Below are positions 29,820-37,701 of a stretch of DNA of 64,000 nucleotides, piece by piece. Position 1 is the first letter of the stretch. Each line of letters begins with the position of its first letter. Location: positions 2,376-66,375 of the forward strand of contig MGTV01000038.1 in the NCBI GenBank assembly GCA_001799635.1, given 5' to 3'. The notes beneath the pieces were generated by a model, which worked only from the letters and a program-made list of their open reading frames with translations, was not told the DNA's origin and made no database searches. A program made the position numbers and the translations under genes. Source of the DNA: Elusimicrobia bacterium GWA2_62_23. Its GTDB lineage: Bacteria; Elusimicrobiota; Elusimicrobia; Elusimicrobiales; UBA9959.

Positions 29820-32800
29820 TCAATAAGCGTGGCAATTGTTCTTCGACCCTGCTATGGCCCACTGCCCCGCCTGCGCGGTGCCGGTGGAGAAACAGATATT
29901 GGCCAGATCCGAGTTGAAGACCACCGCGCCCATAACTGACGGGGTGGTGGCGTACAATTCCGCCGACGTCATGGCGCGCGGCACGAAATAACCTTCCGCC
30001 GTGAACGTGGACTTGGTCACCCCGGCGCCGAACTGGGCGTCGCCGTTGACGTCCATGGCTGCCTGCGGGGAGCCCGTGCGCACGCCCACCTTGTAATGCT
30101 TCTCGTCCACGGGATCTATCAGGAAGGCGAAATTCTGGGTGACCTTATCCGTATTGAACCTGCCCTGCCCTCCGACGCTGTCATAGCCCCAGACGAAGGT
30201 ACCCTCGGCCGACTGATCCAGCCAGTTATTGCGTCCGCCGGCGAACGAGTAGGAACTGTAAACCACATTGTCGCGGCCGCCGGGGATCACCGAGTAGTTG
30301 CCGAACGAGATATTTCCCTGGCCGCCTCCGACCATGGTGTAATTGCCGTTGGCCCAGTTGCTCAGGCCGCCCAGCGCGGAGGCCCAGTTGGCGTAGGCCC
30401 GGTTGTCCTGCCCCAGCGCCACCGAATACTGGCCGATGGTGTCCCAGGCGTAGAAAGTGTCCAACGCGTCGGGGCCGGTAACGCCGCCGGCGCGGAAAGA
30501 CGAGTTAATAGGCATCCACAGGAAACGGCTGCCGGTGCCGGTAACCGGAGGGGCGGTAGGCGTGCCGGAATAAGTGCCCTCGGCGAGGATATTGCCGTTG
30601 CCAATCTCCAGCATGGCGCGGGGACTGCCGGTGCCGATGCCGGTGAACGCGGTGCCGGTACTGACGTAGAAAATAGAGGAGCCCCGGTCATTGCCTACCA
30701 GCAGGCTGGAAGCCACATGCAGGCCCTCCATGGCAGTACCTGTGCTGATGCCCAGGTAGGCCGTCCGGGTGGAGAGCGATACCACCGGGCGCAGCGTGGA
30801 GGTGCCTATGAAGATGTCAGCCGCAACGTGGAAAGCCGCCTGGGGAGTGGGGGTGCCGATGCCGAACCTCCAGCCCGCGCCGCCCGCGGGGTTGGAATTA
30901 CCCTTGATGCGGAAAACCTCGTCCCCGGTGGTGTTCATGTTCAGCACCAGGTCGCGGAAGTTGGAAGGCATGCTGAGAGTGGCCTTGCTGGCCATGGCGC
31001 CCTCGGCGAAACTTATGGAAGTGGGGCCGCCGTTATGCGCGAACAGGTTCAAGGCCACGGAGGGATCTATTTCGCGCTGGTCTATGGTCACCGCTCCGCG
31101 CAGATGTATCGGGGTAAGCGCGGTAAAGATCTCGCCCGCTATGAACTTGCCGGTCGCATAAGTATCCGAAGTGAGGACCACGCCTGCGTATGTGCTGTCC
31201 TCCCTGGCCGCGATAGAGGAGACGACTATCTGGCCCGGCAGGCCTCCGGCGGAAATGCCGGTGATTCCTGCGCCGTTCCCGAAGAAGCCGCCCTGGGCAG
31301 TTACCGAGGAGGTGGCCATGATGCCGCCATTCACTTCCAGCTTATGGACCGGGTCGGAGGTGCCCACGCCGACCTGCTCGGTGGTGGTGCTTACGCTGAG
31401 TATGGGTGAGGCCCCGTTGCTCACCAGCATATTGGCGCCCACGTGGAAACGCTCGGTGGGAATGATGCCCACGCCGAACTTCCAGGTAGCGCCGCTAAGG
31501 TCGCCGTTATCGGTACGGATACGGTAGACCTCGGCACCGCTCTCAGTATCGGAGCCAAGCGCCTTGAAGACGAAGTCGCGGGTGGTGACATGCTGCTTGT
31601 AGCCCATCGCACCCAGATTACCGAAGGCGTCGCTCCAGTATATATATCCCGGAGCGTCCGACTTTATGGACAGGTATACCGGTATGGTCTCGTTGTCGTT
31701 AATAAGGGCTATCTGCTTGTAAACAGTAAGCGGCGCCGTGGGAGCGGAAACCTGTATGCCCACCCTCCCCATGGTGCTGACCGCGAAACCGTACTTGGCC
31801 GCGCTGGCGGTAGAAGATACCGTCAATGCATAGGGGTCCGCGCCCATAGAGCGGATGGTCACGCTGGAGGGGCTGATCAGCAGGTGGCCGCTCATGGTGT
31901 CGCCGGCCTTAAGTAGCTTGGTGGAGTCCGTGCCGGACAAATTGGTCAGCAGGGAACCGTTACCGACGAAGGCCGGGGCGACCACCTTGCCGAAGTTGAC
32001 CTTGATGCCGCTGGAGGACATGATACTGAAGCGGTTATCGGTGTTCGGATCGTCCGTTGAATAACCCCAGAAAGTGGCGGTAGTGACGCGTATATTCGCC
32101 AGGTCGGCGAGCATGGTGCTGTTCAGCGTGGTGGTGTAGAGGCCCTGGGCGGCGATGCTGGAAGTGGCCACGATGTTGCCGCCCACCGTGAGGCGGCCAA
32201 GATCGGCGTAGGCGCCTAACACGGTATTGCCTTTCAACCAGGTGTCGCCGGTGACGGTAAGCGAACTGCCGGAGACGGTGGCCGGGTTGAAACCCATGGT
32301 GAGCGGACCGGACATGGTGGCGCCGCTGGTGGAGACCTTGGTGAAGTCCAGCGTGACCACTCCGGAGAGCCCGGAGCCGTTGCCGTGAATGACCGCCCCG
32401 GGGATAAGCCAGACGTGGGTGCTTATAAGTACGCCGCCGAACACGGACGAGGAAGCGGAACTGATCTCGACGTTGTCCGCCAGTTTGAGTTTTGGCGCGG
32501 CTATGCCTCTGACGGACGTCACGGTAAGGCTGGACCCGGACAGCGTGAGCGGCCCGGTCATCATGTCGCCTGTCTCCGCCACCACGCCTGTCAGGGACGA
32601 ACCCTCGCCGTAGTAGGAGTTGGCATAGACCTCCCCCAGCCCGTTGACACGGACCAGGTCGGAGGTCCCGGTAGAGATGATCAGCAGGTTGCCGGTGTCG
32701 CCGGCGGCGCTGGAGATATGGACCCTGGCGCGCGGGGGATTGCTGAACTCGCCCAGGCCGATGCTGCCGGCGTTTATGTTATGCAGGGAGTCGGCGGCGC

Positions 32801-33533
32801 CGCCTTCCCAGAGAGTATTGGCGGCGGCCGTATACTGGATGGTATCGTCGGGGAACTTGAAACCGCACGTGCCGGTCCCCTGGCAGGCCGGCCAGACGCC
32901 CTTGCTGACCACCATGCCGGCCACGGACAACTGCTGGCCGGGCGAGATGTCGCCCACCGAAATACCGCCCTGCACGAACAGGTTGGTGGAAATAGTGATG
33001 GCGCCGTTGCTGGTCTGCGGGAGGGCCCCTATGATGTCGGCGGAAAAAACGGTGGTGGCCGCGGAGGCGGTGGAGGCGTAGAGCGAACTGAAAGCGTATG
33101 GCGAGGCCTGCAGGTGAATGCGGGGGGTCATGGCTTCGTAAGTGCCCAGGCAGTCGCCGTCCGGGTCCACCTGCACTTCCAGCCAGATGTTCTGACTGTT
33201 CAGGAAAATGTCGCCGGGAATGCCGCCCGCGGTAGAAGACCCTATTTCCACATCGTAGCGGCCCTTGGTAACGGGAACGTTGCAGCGGCTCTCGGTAAAA
33301 AGGACCGCGCCGCCGGTAGGGGCGTTGTAGATCATGAAAGTGATGTCCTGGGGCGTCTCCACCGGCAGGCTGGTGATCTTGCTCAGCAGGAAGCCCTGGT
33401 AGTTGATACTTTGCGCTATCAGCGCCTCCAGGCGGGGCAGCCCGGCCGCCAGATGCAGCGCGGTCAGCGCCAGCAGCAGCGCCGCCTTGCGGGCGAGGGG
33501 GGATCTTTTAAGTTCGCTGTAAGAAGCCTTCAT
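29820..33533 (-). CDS. giant secreted tail-fibre-like / repetitive surface adhesin
   Basis: 1237 aa. Hydrophobic leader (ARKAALLLALTALHLAAG). INYQGFL...FMIYNAPTGGAVLFTE head typical of tail-fibre-domain surface proteins. Recurrent G(N/E)GS.LT.(V/L/I) and vGiGT..P motifs. Internal duplication (see findings). C-terminal YadA-head-like degenerate repeats (SVALGQDNRAYANWASALGG...). GGAGGAA RBS upstream. Confidence 0.75.
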   Translation of the reverse strand: MKASYSELKRSPLARKAALLLALTALHLAAGLPRLEALIAQSINYQGFLLSKITSLPVETPQDITFMIYNAPTGGAVLFTESRCNVPVTKGRYDVEIGSSTAGGIPGDIFLNSQNIWLEVQVDPDGDCLGTYEAMTPRIHLQASPYAFSSLYASTASAATTVFSADIIGALPQTSNGAITISTNLFVQGGISVGDISPGQQLSVAGMVVSKGVWPACQGTGTCGFKFPDDTIQYTAAANTLWEGGAADSLHNINAGSIGLGEFSNPPRARVHISSAAGDTGNLLIISTGTSDLVRVNGLGEVYANSYYGEGSSLTGVVAETGDMMTGPLTLSGSSLTVTSVRGIAAPKLKLADNVEISSASSSVFGGVLISTHVWLIPGAVIHGNGSGLSGVVTLDFTKVSTSGATMSGPLTMGFNPATVSGSSLTVTGDTWLKGNTVLGAYADLGRLTVGGNIVATSSIAAQGLYTTTLNSTMLADLANIRVTTATFWGYSTDDPNTDNRFSIMSSSGIKVNFGKVVAPAFVGNGSLLTNLSGTDSTKLLKAGDTMSGHLLISPSSVTIRSMGADPYALTVSSTASAAKYGFAVSTMGRVGIQVSAPTAPLTVYKQIALINDNETIPVYLSIKSDAPGYIYWSDAFGNLGAMGYKQHVTTRDFVFKALGSDTESGAEVYRIRTDNGDLSGATWKFGVGIIPTERFHVGANMLVSNGASPILSVSTTTEQVGVGTSDPVHKLEVNGGIMATSSVTAQGGFFGNGAGITGISAGGLPGQIVVSSIAAREDSTYAGVVLTSDTYATGKFIAGEIFTALTPIHLRGAVTIDQREIDPSVALNLFAHNGGPTSISFAEGAMASKATLSMPSNFRDLVLNMNTTGDEVFRIKGNSNPAGGAGWRFGIGTPTPQAAFHVAADIFIGTSTLRPVVSLSTRTAYLGISTGTAMEGLHVASSLLVGNDRGSSIFYVSTGTAFTGIGTGSPRAMLEIGNGNILAEGTYSGTPTAPPVTGTGSRFLWMPINSSFRAGGVTGPDALDTFYAWDTIGQYSVALGQDNRAYANWASALGGLSNWANGNYTMVGGGQGNISFGNYSVIPGGRDNVVYSSYSFAGGRNNWLDQSAEGTFVWGYDSVGGQGRFNTDKVTQNFAFLIDPVDEKHYKVGVRTGSPQAAMDVNGDAQFGAGVTKSTFTAEGYFVPRAMTSAELYATTPSVMGAVVFNSDLANICFSTGTAQAGQWAIAGSKNNCHAY

Positions 33534-33556
33534 ATGTTCCTCCGGGAACGCCTTAA

Positions 33557-35176
33557 CTAGCGTATCACCGCCACAGTTCCGTTGTAAACCGTACCCTGTA
33601 CTTCTATCTGGTAGATGTAGACGCCGCCTGGCACCGCCTGGCCGCCGGACTTGGCGTCCCAGCCCAGGGAATTTGCCACCGGGCCGGTCTGCATCTGGGC
33701 CACCAGGGCGCCGCGCAGGTCGTAGATGCGGCCCTTCACTTCCTTGCCCTGGGGGTTGTCGAAAATAAACACCATGGTATCATTTTTGCCGTCGTTGTTT
33801 GGGGTTATCAGGCGGTTGGTGAGACCGGCCCGGTCCGCCGAGAAACTGCCGCTGCGCTCGGTGGTGCGCAGCTGGTAGCGCCCCATCAGCGTGGTCTCCA
33901 GCTGCACGCTGCGCTCCGCGTCGTTCACCAGGCCGAACATCTGCAGCCAGCGGCTGCCGTTGTAGTAGTACATGCTCACGGCCTTGGCGTCGGTCTGGGC
34001 GGAGGGGACTATCTGGGTCCCCGACTTGCGGTAATAGAGTTTCAGGAACCCGTTCTTGCTCAGGCGGAACTCGTCGTCGGCCTGCAGGCCGCCGCGGTAC
34101 GCGCGGAAGCCCACGGATTTTACCACGCGCCCTTCCAGGTCCTCGGGGAAGGTGGAGATCTCCACGCTGTAGGAATCCAGCGGGTCGTTGGTCTCCGAGA
34201 AGAACGCCCCGATGCCGTCCGCGGGAACCTCCAGGATACTCTGGTTATCGGGCGCCAGGAAGTAGAGGTTGCCGGAGAGGCTGTTGCGGGCGTAGGAGGG
34301 CAGGGAAGCGCCGGCCTTGTTCAGGGCGCGGGCGTGGTAATAGTAGTTATCCCCGTCGGAGACGGTGTCGGTCCAGGAGAAGGTGGCCGAAGAAACTTCC
34401 GCCAGGAACTGCCACTCGGCGTTGGCGGGGGCGGTGGCCCTGAACACCTGGTAGTTCCTGACCTCGAAGGGGTAGGCGGGGGCGAAGCGGTCGTTGAAGG
34501 CGATGCGGTTCTGGTACCCCGCCGGCGGGATCCAGGTCATGGTGACGGCGTTGCCGGCCCTCACTATCTTGAAGTTCATGGGGGCCAGCGGGACCAGCGC
34601 GAAGGCGGCCGCCGGGTTGGAAAGCTCGGAGCGGAGCTTGTGGGAGTTGGCCGTCTCGATGGCGAAGTAATAGGTGGTGCCGGGATTGAAGCCCTCTATG
34701 ATCTTGCTCTCAGAGGACCCCGCGGCCAGCGGGGTCCAGTCCTGAGAATAGGTGGAAGCGGAATAATAGGCCGCGTCGCTGGAAAGGAAGCCGGCGGTGG
34801 TATAGCGCAGGATATAGAAGTCGGCGGAGCCCACCGTGCGGGAGACGTCCGCGGAGGGCGCGGTCCAGGACATCCTGATGGCGTAGCTGGAGACCGCCAC
34901 CACTTCTATGTCGCCGATGGGCGCGGGCTGGGGGAAAAAGGCCAGCTTGCCGCTGCGCTGGGAGAAACCGGCGCTGGTCTGGGTGGAAGCGGCAAGGGTC
35001 TGCAGGTTGCCGTTCAGGACGAAATTAGAGGAGATCATCATGGCGGAGCCGTAGCCGCAGATCCCGTTGCCGTCCCGGAAGCTGGCCGATTCGAGTCGGG
35101 CGGCGCAGAGGGGCGCCGCCGGCGTGAGTGCCGCCAGCAGCAGGAGAAGGGCCCGCGCTTTGCCTGTAATGGTCAC
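33557..35176 (-). CDS. secreted FN3-repeat protein with C-terminal T9SS type-B (CHU_C-like) sorting domain
   Basis: I start at GTG (comp 35174-35176), giving the signal peptide VTITGKARALLLLLAALTPAAPLCAA. The 613-aa track ORF would run into the divergent gene. Contains FN3-like segments (IRMSWTAPSADVS...YILRYT; VTMTWIPPAG...YQVFRA). The C-terminus is LITPNNDGKNDTMVFIF...RIYDLRGALVAQM...WDAKSGGQAVPGGVYIYQIEVQGTVYNGTVAVIR. Confidence 0.7.
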   Translation of the reverse strand: MTITGKARALLLLLAALTPAAPLCAARLESASFRDGNGICGYGSAMMISSNFVLNGNLQTLAASTQTSAGFSQRSGKLAFFPQPAPIGDIEVVAVSSYAIRMSWTAPSADVSRTVGSADFYILRYTTAGFLSSDAAYYSASTYSQDWTPLAAGSSESKIIEGFNPGTTYYFAIETANSHKLRSELSNPAAAFALVPLAPMNFKIVRAGNAVTMTWIPPAGYQNRIAFNDRFAPAYPFEVRNYQVFRATAPANAEWQFLAEVSSATFSWTDTVSDGDNYYYHARALNKAGASLPSYARNSLSGNLYFLAPDNQSILEVPADGIGAFFSETNDPLDSYSVEISTFPEDLEGRVVKSVGFRAYRGGLQADDEFRLSKNGFLKLYYRKSGTQIVPSAQTDAKAVSMYYYNGSRWLQMFGLVNDAERSVQLETTLMGRYQLRTTERSGSFSADRAGLTNRLITPNNDGKNDTMVFIFDNPQGKEVKGRIYDLRGALVAQMQTGPVANSLGWDAKSGGQAVPGGVYIYQIEVQGTVYNGTVAVIR

Positions 35177-35295
35177 GCTATAATTATAGAAGAGGCGTGC
35201 GACCAAAATATTACAAAGAGATTTCGGTTTAACGCCGGAGAATCCACAATTCCGTAATAAAATAGTCACAATTGAAAAGTAGAATTGACTTGTAT

Positions 35296-35688
35296 ATGAG
35301 ACAAGCGCGTGCCCTGCTCCTGGCGGCCGCGGCGCTCCTGGCGCCGGGTTTCGCCGCGTCCTCCCCGTCGGGGCTGGGACTATCGATAGCCATGACACGC
35401 ATGGTCACCCCCAACCATGACGGCTTCAATGACACTTTTATTTTCCGCTGCTACAACCCGCGGGACTCGGCCATAGAAGCGAAGATCTTCGACATCTCCG
35501 GCCGCGAAGTGGCGCAGATGAGACTGAAGCAGCGGTCCACGGCCGCCTCGGTGTCGCCCAGCGCTTCCGGGGAATACTACGACCTGGAATGGGACCCCTC
35601 TTCAGGGCACATTCCCGGCGGCGTCTACATCTATCAGATCAGGTTGGAAACCAAGGTGTATAAGGGAACAATAACCGTAATAAGATGA
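35296..35688 (+). CDS. small secreted protein consisting only of a signal peptide plus a T9SS type-B (CHU_C-like) sorting domain
   Basis: 130 aa from the first ATG (TTG at 35272 is an alternative start): MRQARALLLAAAALLAPGFAA, then VTPNHDGFNDTFIF...KIFDISGREVAQM...WDPSSGHIPGGVYIYQIRLETKVYKGTITVIR. This is paralogous to the C-terminus of the divergent FN3 protein. ATGA overlap with the next gene. Confidence 0.7.
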   Translation: MRQARALLLAAAALLAPGFAASSPSGLGLSIAMTRMVTPNHDGFNDTFIFRCYNPRDSAIEAKIFDISGREVAQMRLKQRSTAASVSPSASGEYYDLEWDPSSGHIPGGVYIYQIRLETKVYKGTITVIR

Positions 35689-37667
35689 TTATGAACTCCC
35701 TGAAGAAAGACATCAAACTCCTGGCCGCGGCCGCGCTCCTGCTCGCGGGGGGAAACCTGCCGGCCTTCGCGGCCTTCGAGGACCTCGGCTTCGGGGCCAG
35801 GGGCCCCGGCATGGGCGACGCCTTCACGGGCGTGGCGGACGACATCTCTTCCATTTACTACAACCCGGCCGGCCTCTCGGCCATAGAGCGTCCCAAAGCC
35901 ATAGCGGCGCACTCCATGTTCTACAGCGGGCTCAGCGACGGGTCCAACCTGGGCCTCAGCGCGGCGGCCTTCGCCGTTCCGCTCTCCAACGGCCGCGGCG
36001 GCACCATCGGCGGCCTCTGGCACCAGTTCTCGCTCTCCGGCGTTTATTCCGAGAAGACCGCCCAGGTCTCCTGGGGCTACCGCTTCGACAGGCGCTCCCG
36101 GTACGAAAAGTTTTCCGTCGGCGCGTCGCTGAAATACCTTTCGCACGGCTTTACCCGCCTGGACGAGACCTACAACGCCGTGGAAGCCGGCCTGCTGCAG
36201 AACGGCAATACCGACCCGGTACTGGCCGGCGCCAATTCCCGGGCCGCCCTGGACGCCGACGTGGGCGCCCTTTACCGGCTCACCAAGCGCTGGACCCTGG
36301 GCGCGGCCCTCCTTAACGCTATGCAGGCCAACGTGGCCTTCAGCAGCGGCGACACGGACAAGATCCCCATGAAAACCAGGCTGGGCGCCTCCTACAAAAG
36401 CCTGTGGCTGGTGCTGGCCGCCGACGCCAGGATACAGAAAGCCCCGGACGGCAAGACCGACAAGCAGTTCATTTTCGCGGCGGAAAAGGTGTTCCCCAGC
36501 CTCGACCGCGGCGACGTGGGCGTGCGCGCCTCGCTCGGCGCCGGTGACCGCGAATTCAAGCAGGCCACCGCCGGCCTCTCCTACAAGATCCAGAAGATAC
36601 AGCTGGACTACGGCTTTTCCCTGCCTATCGGCACGGTCAAGGAGACCGCGGGCAACCACAAGGTGGCCCTTACCTACCATTTCGGTTCGGCCACCCAGAG
36701 CGAGATCGCCGAGGCCGAACTGCTGGAACAGTACAAGCGCCTGCGCGAGGCCAAGGACTACAAGAGCCCGCGCGAAACGGCCAGCCTCAACGACCCGCGC
36801 CTGGCCGACGTGAAGGAGCTCATAAAGGCGGAGAATTATTACGGCGCCAACAAGCTGCTGCTGGAGCGGGCCAACGAACTGCTGCCCGACTCCTCGGTGG
36901 TGGGGCTCACCAAGCGCCTCTCCACGGTGTCGGCTTTCTACCCGTCGCTGGCCGTGGAAGGCCGGCAGAAGAACCGCTGGGAGCAGCTCCTGAGCGGCGG
37001 CGTGAAGGATTTCCTCAACGGCCAGGACCGCCGCGCCATGAAGCAGCTCGCCTACGCGCAGAGCCTCAACCAGCAGGACTCCGCGCTGTCCAATTTCCTC
37101 GACCGCATAGGCGAGATCACGCGCGTCACGCCTGACCGCGTGCCGGCCGACTTCAGCCGCGGCTGGGTGGAGTACAAGCTGACCGAATCCGACGAGTTGT
37201 ACACCAAGAAACGCTACTCGGAGGCGCTGCGCAAGCTCGACGAAATGCTGGAGCTGGAGCCCAACGAACTTATCGGTCTCAAAAAGAGCGGTTCCTGCAA
37301 CTATATGCTGGGCAGCTACGCCAGGGCCGCCTACGACTGGAACAAGGCCTCCAAGCTGGAGAGCGACCCGCTGGAGAAGGCGAAGCTCTCCAAGATGATA
37401 GAGGAAGCCCGCCTGAAGCAGGGCAAGGCCGCCACCTGGCAGCCGCCCGTCAACGGCGCGGCCGTCCCCGGCGTGGAAGAGAGAGAGGAGACCAAGGCGG
37501 AGAAGGACGCCCGGGCGATAGAGAAGCTCTACCAGCTGGGCGCGGACTACTACGCCAAGGGCGAGTACGGCAAGGCGGCGGACACTTTCCGCAAGATCCT
37601 TACCATAGACCCGCAGAACACGCAGGCCAAGAAGGCCCTGGAGCGCATAATCCGCCTGTCGCGCTAG
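35685..37667 (+). CDS. outer-membrane beta-barrel (PorV/PorQ/FadL-like N-terminal half) fused to C-terminal TPR repeats
   Basis: 660 aa. Signal peptide (KLLAAAALLLAGGNLPAFAAF). GARGPGMGDAFTGVADDISSIYYNPAGL motif characteristic of PorV/PorQ/UPF0164-type barrels. Alternating beta-strand pattern to about residue 340 (ending ...HKVALTYHF). After that the sequence is helical and TPR-like (YGKAADTFRKILTIDPQNTQAKKALERI). Confidence 0.65.
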   Translation: MIMNSLKKDIKLLAAAALLLAGGNLPAFAAFEDLGFGARGPGMGDAFTGVADDISSIYYNPAGLSAIERPKAIAAHSMFYSGLSDGSNLGLSAAAFAVPLSNGRGGTIGGLWHQFSLSGVYSEKTAQVSWGYRFDRRSRYEKFSVGASLKYLSHGFTRLDETYNAVEAGLLQNGNTDPVLAGANSRAALDADVGALYRLTKRWTLGAALLNAMQANVAFSSGDTDKIPMKTRLGASYKSLWLVLAADARIQKAPDGKTDKQFIFAAEKVFPSLDRGDVGVRASLGAGDREFKQATAGLSYKIQKIQLDYGFSLPIGTVKETAGNHKVALTYHFGSATQSEIAEAELLEQYKRLREAKDYKSPRETASLNDPRLADVKELIKAENYYGANKLLLERANELLPDSSVVGLTKRLSTVSAFYPSLAVEGRQKNRWEQLLSGGVKDFLNGQDRRAMKQLAYAQSLNQQDSALSNFLDRIGEITRVTPDRVPADFSRGWVEYKLTESDELYTKKRYSEALRKLDEMLELEPNELIGLKKSGSCNYMLGSYARAAYDWNKASKLESDPLEKAKLSKMIEEARLKQGKAATWQPPVNGAAVPGVEEREETKAEKDARAIEKLYQLGADYYAKGEYGKAADTFRKILTIDPQNTQAKKALERIIRLSR

Positions 37668-37701
37668 CGCGCGGGGCGGGAGGGGGCGGGCGGCAGGCTA
37701 T

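Noticed and set aside
35177-35398. Upstream extension of the FN3/CTD gene to ATG 35398 (the 613-aa version)
   Set aside because: It would overlap the divergent gene and the AT-rich promoter region, and it places about 70 residues before an obvious signal peptide. GTG at comp 35174-35176 was preferred. A TATAAT 6 nt upstream of that GTG hints at a leaderless mRNA, but I could not support this further.
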